64,000 bases of DNA, from NCBI GenBank assembly GCA_037447605.1, contig CM074809.1:1416689-1480688 (forward strand), in the 5' to 3' direction. Below, piece by piece: positions 1 through 11,709 of this stretch; position 1 is the first letter of the stretch; every line of letters begins with the position of its first letter. Position numbers and translations under genes: made by a program. This DNA comes from Zygnema circumcarinatum SAG 698-1b (taxonomy: Eukaryota > Plantae > Zygnematophyceae). Below the pieces are notes generated by a model. That model did not search any database. It was not told where the DNA came from and saw only the letters and a list, made by a program, of their open reading frames with translations.

Positions 1-480
1 TACGAACCAACTTTTGAACCGGCTTTGGCGGGTCCTGTGGGCGCGTGCCATTCGCTGGGACCGAGCCCGGCCTGCAGATCCAACGGTGATCTGCTGTTTG
101 ACAATCTGTGAGGGAATCGAAGGCTGAGATTCACCGTACGTGTGAAGGACGCACATCCGCGACCGATCTCGTGGCGGACGGATCTTCCGCTCCGAGCGGA
201 TTCGGGCAGGCCGATATTTTTTTTTCTCAAAAAATTATTCGGCGGGAAATCCCAAAATGGGGAGGCGGGGTACCATTTGCCTTCCCGTTTTTAATACTTT
301 TTTGTCGATTCTAAAAATCTGCCCGGCGAAAAAAGAAGTGTATCGATCACTAAAAAGACGTGGATTTATCAGTTTTCCCAAAAAAAAAAAAACCCCGAAA
401 TCTGAAAGAACCCTAAAATAAAATCTGACCGGCGAAAAAATGTGCGAATCTAGCCCAAAAATGTGTGTAAATAGACCCCG
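1..480. mobile_element. Partial relative of the 40520-41115 MITE family (right half, cut by the window edge)
   Basis: 37-202 aligns at roughly 80% identity by eye with 40793-40957 (GTGGGCGCGTGCCATT...GATCTCGTGGC...GGATCTTCCGCTCCG). 313-379 and 419-480 resemble the MITE right TIR (AAATCTGCCCG..GAAAAAA...TTTTCC). Confidence 0.55.
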
Positions 481-720
481 AGTAAGAAAAAAAAAAGTTC
501 AATTGCTCAAGCAAGTTTGAATTTTACTGTTGCAGACACGCCGACCGCACGTGTGGCTGCCGCCCGGCCCATGGGACCAGCGGGGACCGGCCGGTCGGTC
601 AGCGGGGACATCCTCTTTCGCGCTCACCGGCGGCAGCACTCAAACGCAGGCTCCAAGACTCTCGCCGTCGCCCTCAGCTCTGCGGCCATGGCAGCTGCTG
701 CGGCCCTGAGACCGTCCGCC

Positions 721-3700
721 ATGAAGAAGTCCCTGCTCCTCCTGCTGGGTGCCACCATGGCGCTGCTGCACGCGCTCCCTGCAGAAGCTGTCCGCACGAG
801 CTTTGCGCTGCGGGAGAGGCGTCTCGCCGAAGTGGCCGCGACGTGCCCGCAGGCCGCGCTGGACCTGTGCAGCTTCTACTTCGAAGGCTACGAGGAGGCA
901 CCTCCTGTGATCGATCTGGATGGCGCGCCGGACCAAGCAGTGGGGCCCGCCTTGATGGCGAAGGACGCAAGCTTGGGGGAGGGCGTGCCGGCGGTGGTGG
1001 CCAGCACGGGCGAGGCGAAGTCTCTATGCGGCAGCGAGGCTAGCCTCGGCAATCAGTTCTACATCACGGGACAGCCCTCATACCTCCACATTCGTACCTT
1101 CAACCAGGTAATTCCTCTTCCTCCTCCTCCCTCCTCTTCCTCCTTCTCCATCCTCCTCCTCCTCCTCCTCCTCCTCCACTTCCTCCTGCCCTTCTTCCTC
1201 CTCCACCTCCTCCGCCTTCTCACTTCTTCCATTCTTCCCACCTCCTCGTTCCTGAGCCCCTCCTGCATATCACTGAATATTTTTTTTCCATGGCGGACGG
1301 CTTGCGAAAGTGCAGCCCCCGAAGTCTGCCTTCGAGAGCAAGTGCGTGCTCCTTCCCCTCAGAGGAGTGCGCGTAGGCTGGCTCAACCTGAACCCTGGCG
1401 ACGCCAACCAGGCGGCCTTCCCCGAGGCGCGCCGCTGCGTCGTCTTCTCCACCGGTCCCTCGCCCGCCTGCGGACAGCTCTCGCCCTCCGCACCTTCCCC
1501 TCTCCCTTCCCCTCCCGCTCCTCTCCCTCCTCTTCCGCAGCCTATCCTTGCCCCCTCTCCCACCTCTTTTCCAATTTCCACACCCCCCGCCCCTCCCACA
1601 AACCTTCCCACTCCCGCTCCTTCGCCCTCCGACACCCCCTCGTCGAGCCCGTTCTCCGCGATTTTTGCATTTGGGGACAGTACGCTTGACATAGGAAACA
1701 ACAACGATATAGTCGGCAGTCCGTATAAAGTGAACTTCCTGCCATACGACATTGACTACATTCCCGCCAGCGGCCGCTTCACCAACGGAAAGGGCTTCGT
1801 GGACCTGCTTGGTGCGCGCAACAAATGGCTTTTTGATGTTCTATTGGCTTTCGTGCTTGATTGCTTTATTTTGTCTTGTCCTTTTCCTTACTCTCTGTTG
1901 TGCGTGCCTGCCTTTGCGGCTGCCCCTGCTCCACTTTTGGAGTTGCTGAAAAATCGCCTCGTTTCCTTGCTCTGTGGCGACTTTATAACAGTGGAGCTCT
2001 TAGGACTCCCTCCCGTTCCCAAATACGAGGATGCGAATGCGAATTCTTCATCGGATTACTTTTCTGCCGGGATCAATTTTGCCTCAGGGGGGTCAGGGGT
2101 CCTCTCCACGACAGGCTGCAAGGGGGTAAGCTCCCATTCCCGCCACACCCCCCTTTTGTTCTGATTGGCTGTCGCACATGCAATAGTTAAGTATATTGTT
2201 TGGGTGGTTGATTCTATTTGGATATTCGTCTTTCCATGTGCAGGATACAATTTGCTTTTCACTCAGTTTCCAAGTTAGCCAGTTTCTGGCTGCGAGTTTG
2301 AGCTACACTGCAGAGGTGAGTATCTGTTGCAGTCCCATGTCAGAGCACAGGTCATTCATACTTCACTCTTACCACCTTTTAAACTGCATTGGCATTCTCT
2401 TCATGACTCGTTCCTGGCATGGATGCTTTGTTAATCGAGATGTATAGTGCCGCACGTCATAAGAAAGTCATTATCATCTGGAATTCGCTCTCATAAAATG
2501 CAACGCCTTTGCGTGCACGGGTTGGGAGAGTTCAGGAGAAGGCTACGAGTCTGTTCATCGTCTCAACGGGAGGAAACGACTATTTTGCCTATTTCGGAAA
2601 CTCGTCAGCATACAACATTACGGAATACGTTGGCAGTGTGATTAATGGATTGGCTGAGACATTCCAGGTGAGTGTAAGCATAGTGTGGCACATGAGACTC
2701 AGGAAATGAGATATGGCCGGCCAAGGGTATTCTGTGTCTGTCATCTGACTCAAGAATTCTTCGAATAGAGAGGAATGAATGTTACCGTTCGGCATGTAGA
2801 GCACGACCTTAGTGATGCTTCGATCATGCAAAGGGTTCTTTCACCATGAAATCTGCAATCTCAGCCCTTAATGAACCATCTCATGCAATCTTTGGAGCGA
2901 CCCTAGTCATCAGACCGTTTGATGAACTGCATAAGGCACATAACTCTCTCGTATTTAAGTCTCCACAGTTCTGTTGTATCAGCAGAGTGCTGGCAACTTA
3001 CTATCATTCGAAAAGAGCCTCCTCCGCATCCACATGACGCAGACAGTGTTCAACATTTGACATTTTCTACAACGAATCTTTTGCTTCTGCTTGCTTTCCT
3101 CTCCGTTTTTACAGACCCTGTATGCCGCGGGTGCCCGAAAGTTCATTGTCCTTGAGCTGCCCGACCTCGGATGCACGCCTTCTTTGCTCGCCACTGCCAA
3201 TGCGTCGGAGTCGACCCCTCAGTGCCTCACCTTCACCACTCCCCTCGTCACAGCACACAATGCAGCCCTGGAAAGCCTCCTCATCGGACTGCAACAACTG
3301 CTTCCCGGAGCATACTTCACACGATTCCACGCCCAAGAATACATCCACAACATTACCTCAAATCCAGGCAGCTTCGGTAAGTGCCACGAATCATGCATGT
3401 GGAATGTGAAATTTGAAATTATTCATTTTTTTTCTTAATTTGGCTTCTCGTCCCTCTGCAATTCAAGTTGCCGAGCCTTCCCCCCTTGCCATAAAAATGC
3501 CATAGAGATCCCTAATCTGCCCCAGTGAATCCGCCACGTACAGATAGATAGTGACGATGTGTTGCCTGCCTGGTGGTGCCCCCCATTGCATGCATGCATG
3601 CATGCATGCAGGTCTCTCCAATGGCTTTGATGCGTGCTGTGGAGGCGGCCTCTTTGGAGTTAAGATTCACTGCGGTCTCCCTTCAGCGACTGTGTGTGCG

Positions 3701-3835
3701 GACCGCGATGCGTACGTGTGGTGGGACCCACTGCACTTGACGCAAACCGTCATAGAGGACATCGTAAAGCGGGCGGTGGAGGGCGATGGCGAATACGTGC
3801 AGCCCTATGGGCTCACCACCTTGGCGCTTCTTTAG
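721..3835 (+). CDS. Secreted GDSL/SGNH esterase-lipase with an N-terminal Cys-containing domain and Pro/Ser-rich linker (about 7 exons)
   Basis: Signal peptide MKKSLLLLLGATMALLHALPAEA (alternative ATG at 688). SGNH blocks: FAFGDSTLDIGNN, GRFTNG, INFASGGSG, STGGNDY, LYAAGARKF..LGCTP, CCGGG...VWWDPLHLT. Intron 1 is 1108-1315 (GT-AG, phase 0). Stop ends at 3835. Confidence 0.92.
1113..1262. repeat. (CCT/TCT)n pyrimidine-rich low-complexity tract in GDSL intron 1
   Basis: Run of cctcctcct/tcttcc. It explains the spurious poly-Leu and poly-Arg ORFs in the track. Confidence 0.85.
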
Positions 3836-4325
3836 GGATTTCTTTCTAAGAATGCTCCTTTGGAGCTTCCTCAGTGGTCAGTGTGGCCATGGTTGCTTGT
3901 TGCGGCTGTGAAGGCTGAGAGAATGGCAGCCAGTAACCAGGCAGGAGCGCGTGAGGGTTAATTCTGACGGTTGTGAATGGGTGGCTTTGAAAGCCAGCTT
4001 TGGTTTGGTCTGGTGAAGTTTTGTGGGTTTAAGGAAGAGAGGTCGCAGGTTTGTTTCGTGTAGATCGCACGTAGATTGCGGCTGAAGTCCGTACATTTTT
4101 CCTGTGTTATTCAATTCTTTTTTAGAGGAATTGTATTTTTTTTTTTTTTTTTTTATCGCAGTTGTTTAGGGCCAGAAGTGGGAGAAAGAAGAAGTTTGCC
4201 TGCTTTGCTATCTCACTGCACTGCCCGCTCGACATCGGAACATCTCCCTGAAGGGAGTGGGAGGCCGCTGGGACGGTCCGCAACAAATGTGGCTCGCAAA
4301 AGTCCCAACATGTTTGCAAATAGTG

Positions 4326-4518
4326 CACAGGTCGAACCATTGGATGGCAATGGTTGGAGGTCTAATGGTTGCCAACCATTGGATCCAATGGTTCCAAACC
4401 ATTGGAATGTTTGGCAACCATTGGCATTCAATGGTTCGGAACCATTCGAATGGTTGTTTCGGTCCGGCGCCAATGGTTGGCAGCCATTCGAACGGTTGAT
4501 CTAATGGCTCGATCTGTG
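4326..4518. mobile_element. Short palindrome-rich dispersed element, copy A (AACCATT/AATGGTT units; possible MITE)
   Basis: Alternating AACCATT and AATGGTT. Ends CACAGGTCGAACCATT (4326-4341) and AATGGCTCGATCTGTG (4503-4518) are 14/16 inverted. Flanks AAATAGTG/AAATAATG. 32 bp (4447-4478) are identical to 30697-30728. Confidence 0.6.
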
Positions 4519-5296
4519 AAATAATGCACAGGTCTGACACAGGTAAATAGTGAACTGTATTCTGTAGTCGGGGAACCAGCACGGCAGGGCGCCCTACTGC
4601 AGTCCTTCCCTTTATATAATATGTCATTTGGCATGTTTAATTCTGCTGATAGAGATTGCTAGAAGCAGGCTGAAGAGTCTGACAACCTCTCAAGGCTCAC
4701 GCCGTTCCCGTCAATTTATGGACCTGACCATTTCAAGCACGTCCGTTACATGCCAAAGCCAACCACAAGCACATAAAACAAAGAAAATAAAAGATAAAAA
4801 AAAATAAAAGATAAAAGATAACTGCCCGAGCATAAAAACGCATGTCTAAGGTACACACTCGCTCCTACACAATAGGAGGGTCCAAACTTTGAGTAACAAG
4901 CCATCAAATGGTCTAATGGCATCCCGAGGACTGTGCGGTACATGCAACTTGCATGACAACTGCGAAAGTTGCATTTGAAGGGCAACAAGGGCAAATGGAA
5001 GATGGCACAAGAAAAGGAAAAAGAAGACAAGACAGACGATTCGATCGATTTTTTAGAAGGAGAAACCACCGGCATGGAATCCCTAAGCTTCTTCTTCAAG
5101 CCCAGTAACACTATCCCTATCAGGTTGGCATGCCCACTTGTAGCCTTTACTGTGGTCTAGCCCTAATCAACACACTAAAGTCTGGCAAGTGTTCAATCTC
5201 TACCGCTCGTCCGTATGTCTAGCGGGTACGGTGCCCTGCATCAGGTACAGTACCTGAATGGGCTGAGTCAGGAAATGAGCATCAGCAAGGGGCCAG

Positions 5297-8200
5297 TCAC
5301 TTGAGGGTTGACGAAAGCGGAACAAAAGGAGCTGCATCAGCCGACAATTTGAATTGGGAGACTGGTAGGGTGACACTTCTGGCAGCCTGCGGAGGAGACG
5401 CAGCCATTTGTCCTGAAACGGCCCCTCCTCCTCCTCCTCTCCCTCGCTGACTCCAGTAAGCTTCTGAGTCTCCGCTGCGATACCACTCAAATGCACCTGC
5501 CTGCACTGTGCCTGCCTGAGCTCCTTGCCTCACTTGACCTTCTAGTAACCAAGGGAGTCCCCCACCGGCTGACGATGTAACCGGCGCATGTCTGCCTTGG
5601 GAATGTCCTTGTCTCCAGACACCGCCATCATCGCCGCAATAGCCATTACGGTCTCCGAGATAGGTGCCTTCATCCCTATCGCAAACATAACTCCTCCAGG
5701 AAATTGATCCGTGCTCTCTTCTTCCCTCCTGTAGCATACTGCCTGCGTCGTAAAAAGGGGTGGACGGACATCCTATAAAGCTCTTCTGAATGGAGGGCAT
5801 ACCGTCTTGCATTTCTGGGTGCGATCGTTTTGAAGGCTGAACTAACTCTCCGGCATGTAGTTGTCTTGGTGAAGTTTGCTCTTCTGCTGCTTGCAGAATG
5901 GCAACAATCTCCGAGTGTCCTTCCTTCGCAGCAACATCAACTGCCTTATCTCCATAAGCATCTTGAATTCTCGGAGAAGCTCCCGCCTCAAGCAGACGTG
6001 CCACAAACCACACCGACGCCTGCCTTGCTGCAATGTGAAGTGCAGTTTGCCCGTAGCGATTTCTTGCATTAAGCAAAGAGACAAGCTCCGAATTTTGCAC
6101 GATGCTGGCAGCTGCCGAGCTGGAAGGTGTACCCAGATCCGTACGAGATAGCAATGGGTTTATACCAGAGGAAGCGACTGCAGATAGCAGAACCACTCCC
6201 ACATCTTGCCTGTCTGCAACTGCAGCCGCCATAAGTGGTGTCCAGCCATCTCCTGCAGCAACACGCGCTTCATAAGAGTATGAGACGGAACAGAGGTTGA
6301 CACATATCCATGACAGAAAACACAGCAAAAACCAAGATAAAACCTTGAAACCTGAGTAAGTCAGGCTATGAAGTGCAGCTCTCACCGTAGGAAGCAGGAT
6401 CTTGCCAGGGCAGGCCGGCGGCCATGCAGTGTGCTACCATGGCATCCGTAGCCGCAACATGTCCTTTTAGTGCTGCTATGTATAAAGAGTTTTCTCCCGC
6501 TCGATTTCTGGAAAGAGGTTCAGCGCCAGCCTTAAGGAGGACCTGCTTCAGTAAAGCACATTGAGATGAGAACCACTCCAAAACCCATAGATAACTCAAA
6601 TTGCATTACCAAAGTTCAATTTAATCTGTTGCTTTCCACAACTCAAAGGTGGACTGGAGGATACTTTAAGGTTAAGCAAACGAGAATAACGTAAAATGTC
6701 AATCCTAGTGAAAGGTTCAGCTCAAAAGCGGGATGAAAAAGAAAAGAGCCGGATGTCAATATGACCTGTCTTACATACAAGACAGCTGTTTTGATTTGCT
6801 TTATTAACCACTCATCCATTCCAACATAACTGGTTCCCAGGAAACAACCTCCATATGTCCCTTCCTGCATGGCTTTTGATCCACAACAAGCTGCCCGTTG
6901 TATCGCCAAGCGTGAGCTCAGCACAGTATCACGACCGAAAAAGTTTGGGGCCTTTGGACAAAACCATTATCTTGAATGGATTTCATATCTACGCAATTGT
7001 ACAGAAACTGTACAAGGTCATAAATTGCCCTTAGCTCTATCAGGAGAAAGAACAGGATCAGGGTTATCAGGGTCATCAGGATAGGGCTTAGTGCGTTCTT
7101 CTCAAATATTTAAACGACGTAACTTAGGCAACATTCTTGTGCTCTCACCTTAATCACTTCTGCATCTCCAACTTCTGCTACCCAAAACAGAGCCGATGAT
7201 CCTCGTCCATCTTTCACACCCACAGCTGAAGCCCCCAAAACCAGCAAGCCCGCAGCCATCTCCGCATCTCCCGTCTGTGCAGCAATGTGTAGTGGAGTTC
7301 GGCGGCGTGCATCAGAGCAATTGACAGCTGCTTTCAAAGCTATCAGGAGATCTCCTTCCTCCCGCGGGCCCCAACCTTTTCGCAGGAAGCTAACACTGTT
7401 CGCAAGACCACCTGTTATACTTAGCCTGCTTCTCCGTACCAAGTGATCGTCGTCCCGCTCTCCTTTTTCCTCTTCTTTTTCTTCTCCGTCTACTTCTCCT
7501 TGTTGTTCTACTTCTACCTCAAGTACTTCTTTACCTTCTTCATGTTCTTCAGGTTCCAAGACAGTACTTTTGCCCAGTGACAAGCAATGGGAAAAGCGCA
7601 CCTCCTGGATATCCAAAATACTCCTCTCAGGACCTAAGAAATGTGCTACAGACTGCTTTGACCTGCATTCCAATCCACTCACAACTTCTGTTGCATCCAG
7701 TACATCATCTGCAGAGCTGAAATCCCACACGAGGAGTCCTTCATTGACTTGCGACCTGCACCAGCAGCAAATGGAGGAAAATGGCAATGGCTGTCATACT
7801 TGCAAGTGACAACTGTGACTACGACGAGTTATTCTAGAGACAACCATGCCCAGTATTAGTTGGAAATAGGAGCTCACCAATCAACAGATAGTCAGATTGA
7901 ACAACTAACTTAGACAGGGTAAGGGTTTTTTTTTTTTTTTGCAAGTCACACTACCAGCTGAGAAGTGTAATGTACCGAGTCATGTAAAATGAAAGTGAGT
8001 CGAAAAAATGCCATGAATCTGCTCAAATACACAAGCAGAGACAGAAAGACACCGTAATAGTCTATAAAATCTGCTTCACGTACTAAAACCCCTTCATGCA
8101 CAAGCCAGTTATCAATATTGCTTTATGCAGAAGGGTCATTCATACCTTATAATGTCGCATACTTGCTTTCCAAAAAAGGTTATCTCCAAAATCCTAAGCA

Positions 8201-10391
8201 TTGCCAATTTCCGCACCAATTCCACCAGACTATCTGCAGCCTCTGCGATACTCAAGGAACTAGCTTCTTCTGGGCAAGCTAAGTCGAACCCAGCAGTCGA
8301 ACCTCCGAGCAGAAGTACCTCCAATTGCGGACATGCTAGTGCCTGGCAATCGAGAGCCCAACACCTCAATTAAAATACAAATCTGAGCAACCTTACGATC
8401 CCACAGGTTGAAGCAGCATACCTTCACATTGTACAAACAATAGGTGACCAGAAGGGCCAAACGAACTCAGTGCTGCCAGACAAAATCATGAATTCCTCTG
8501 ATGCTCGATCCGAAGGCTTTTTCACAAAGAATAAAGAAGCACATTCACTCGAAGTTCATGCATATAATTAAATAGGTTAAGTAGATATAAGGAATGCCCA
8601 ACCATAGCCCACTCAAGGTGAACAGGTAACATTGCACTAATCAAAACGTACCAAACCTTGAAGCTGAAAATTGCCCACTTTGTTGCAGCAGTGCAATGCC
8701 AGCAACCGCAGGCCTCCCAGTTTCTGCTGCGAGCCTTCAATATTCAGTATGGCGCTCTCACTTTTTAACATCATCCCAATTTCTGCCTTTGATGAATGCA
8801 TCTCTTGACCAATCTCCAACTGCTCCAGGTGGCTCAACAGGAGGCATTCCAAACGAGAGCCAAATTTGCCTGCTGTCTTCAAAAGATTGCTAGTGGCAGT
8901 CGAGCTGAGACGAAAGCAACGTTGAAGTGAGAGCACGCGAGGAGCAGGAATTGCACGACGAGCCATATCTTCCAAACAAGAGGATGTCCTGTCAAACAAT
9001 GTAAACCAACGGTGCACTATAAGCTTGCACGTCATGACAGGAGACAACTTGATAGGGCAACCGAGAAACGATTTGCAAGTAACTTATGATATAGGCCGCT
9101 GTAAACAGGGAGACTTGCAATAGGTGGCGCGAATGCGCAAAGTGAATTGGGTTAAAAACTGTACTTACAATTTTTGACAGTTGTCAAGTATAAGGCGATC
9201 CAAGTGGTGAAGGTCGCTCAACAAGGCAGACACTCCTGTATCAAGCACTGCACACCCGCTCATATCGAGCTCCTCTGTTCCCTGCATGTACTTCCTGATT
9301 GAGGAGAGCATGTTATTCACCCAGGTAACGTCCAGCTGTGAAGCACTGTGAGCAGCACCATGTGGCTTCACTCCAACCGCCAGATAGATGCGTTCACCCT
9401 TCTCTCGCTCAGAGGTATTAATATCCTGCAGTTCATCACCGAAAACTCCGCTCAGTCACGATGCTAGCTGCTTCGCCAAAATAGAATTAACAGGCAGCGT
9501 GGATTACCAGTCGCAATCACACAGGAGCCTTACATGCGCAGGACCAGCAGCTACCCGAAGCTGAAGAGGAGCTCCAACCATGGTGGCCTGCATCCACCGA
9601 GAGGTACATAGAGCGGCAGCAGCATCGCAAGGCCGAGGAAGGCGGGAAAAAATGTGCGCAAGAAGCGCAGACGGGAGTGCAGAGAAATAGCATGTGCTGG
9701 CGCCGGAATCTACAGCTAGAAGAGGAGAAGCTGAAGCTCCTTTGTTGAAGACTTCCATCATTTAAAAGTAAGCAAATATAAAAGGTCAACGTGACCGCAA
9801 TGAAACAAATAATTTCAACAAATATCAAAATTTATTGAAAGGGCAACGGGAACCTCTATCGCCGCAGGGTTTCGCCTGATCCGGCATAGACGACGTTCAA
9901 TATATATATGCACAAAAAACGTCCAAAACGTCCTTCGCCCTAAAAAAAATGTAGCCTGCTCTAATTCGATAGCCAAATAAAAAATGGCGATGAAAAAGTA
10001 CAGGCTGATAGTGCGCGGACCCAAAACTGGCCGGAAGCACAAGGTAATTTAATCGATCAGGCGAACAACAGAAAATGGAAAACCTTCCCCGACGTCCTCA
10101 TCCACCTCCTCCCTCTTTGACACACTCTCAATCCCCACAACAAGCCCTCTAGCCACTTCCGGGCTTCTCAAGAACTCGCAACCCAGCCAGTTCCAGCCCT
10201 CCCCCCTCCACACCCCCCCCGCCGCTCCTCCCCAACCCCACAACCTCCGCCCCGCCCCCTCTCCGCCCGCCGCCCGCCAAGCGGCGGGCCGCCGCCTGAT
10301 TCTCCACAGATAGCAGGAGAGAGCCGCTGGAGGAGAGAGGGATGGGGAAGGGGGAGGGGGGGGAAGGAGGCTCTGCTCTCCCCCCCGCCAT
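5297..10391 (-). CDS. F-box / LRR / ankyrin-repeat protein with C-terminal PAM2-like motif (multi-exon; start uncertain)
   Basis: F-box-like YFSALPSALLAHIFSRLPRP (about 9600-9690). LRR-like ELDMSGCAVLD..RLILDNCQKL, LSLQRCFRLS, LEVLLLGG. Ankyrins RRTPLHIAAQTG, GENSLYIAALKGH, GWTPLMAAA, GQTALHIAAR, GDKAVDVAAKEGH. C-terminus SQFKLSADAAPFVPLSSTLK*. Confidence 0.75.
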
Positions 10392-10601
10392 GGGGCGCCG
10401 CCTCTTGGACCGGGGGCCCCCTGCGCGACACATGTGCGAAAACAGACCTTTAGTTGACAGATCCGTGATAACTGTCACCGGTCAAACGCAACGGGACATG
10501 GAACGGCAGGATGTTGTTACGCCGTGCATGTGTCGCCGGGTACGAGAGTGGATGGAGGCGAAGCAGGGGGGGAGGGACAACGACTTCATTCGGAGGTCAA
10601 A

Positions 10602-10913
10602 TTGTGAGGTTCTTTCTGGGTGTTGTGCTTGCATGAGAAGATTTTGATGTACGAGCAGCATTGGACTGCGCACGTCTCACGGCCCGAAATAGACTGCACT
10701 GTGATAACAAGGCTCTGTCTGGATGTCGTACTTGACATGGGAAGTTTTCGTATTCGAAGAGCATTGCACTAAGCGCATCTCACGGCCCGAAATAAACTGC
10801 ACTGTGATTATAAGGTTCTTTCTGGGTGTCGTACTTGACATGGGAAGTTTTTCGTGATCGAGCAGCATTGGACTAAGCACATCTCACGGTCCGAAATAGA
10901 CTGCTCTGTGATT
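10602..10913. repeat. About 3 copies of a 103-104 bp tandem repeat
   Basis: CTCACGG(C/T)CCGAAATA recurs at 10676, 10779 and 10883. GTCGTACTTGACATGGGAAGTTTTCGT and GAGCAGCATTGGACT are also repeated. Confidence 0.85.
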
Positions 10914-11488
10914 ACACCACATGAACCAGTGCCCAACTATGTTGCGAATTATACAACACCGAAGCAACTCCAAAACCGACTGCACTACAGGAAGCTGCTG
11001 CCACCCCTCGGCAGACCAATCCCATTCCCAATCCCTGCCAAACGACTTGTCCAAAACCCTGCAACAGGGTGCAAGCGCGCACTTCAGCTGAACTGCAATG
11101 CAGCATCTGCTGAAGAGTAGCATGCAGCCCAGCGCAGCAGTGCGCCTGTTTCCAGGAACAATGGCACCTCCAGCTTCCGAGCCACAGCCCCAGAATGGAC
11201 TCGCTCCCTTGTTCCAGATTGAGCAAAGAGCGCCCCACACGAACTATCATGCACATAGATGAAAGTGACTTCTCTAGAGCCGGCAAATACCATACAAACA
11301 TCGGACTTCCGAGCAGGCGAATGTTCCCTTGCGAGCTGTGTACAGCTAGTTCACCCCATTCTTACTGGAAGCACAGAAGTCCCGGTGACGGACCGTTAAC
11401 GGCATCACTAACAAAGGTGGATTCACCTCAATCTTTAGCTATGCCACCTGTTATGGCATTCTCTTCTTCTCTTCCACGACACACTGAC

Positions 11489-11543
11489 CAGGATATGTCG
11501 AAGCAACAGGATAAGTCGAAGCAACAGGATAAGTCGAAGCAAC
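11489..11543. repeat. 18-bp tandem repeat x3 downstream of the ALY stop
   Basis: CAGGATA(T/A)GTCGAAGCAA three times. Confidence 0.9.
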
Positions 11544-11709
11544 GTGTCTCCATCCTGTTAATCCAATCCGTATGTGTAACAACCCCTGTATCCACTATGT
11601 CCTCCTTTCCTTACGACATATCTGTACAGTCTTGTACCCCACACAGGACTATGCAGATGTCTTCCTACCGTACCACCGCGTACAAACGTACCAACGCCAA
11701 CGCGTTCAT

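Noticed and set aside
4326-4518. CRISPR-like array
   Set aside because: Eukaryotic context. The units are inverted 7-mers without constant-length repeats and unique spacers.
9790-10050. AT-rich block in the F-box gene as a TE insertion
   Set aside because: No terminal repeats or TSD; consistent with an ordinary intron.
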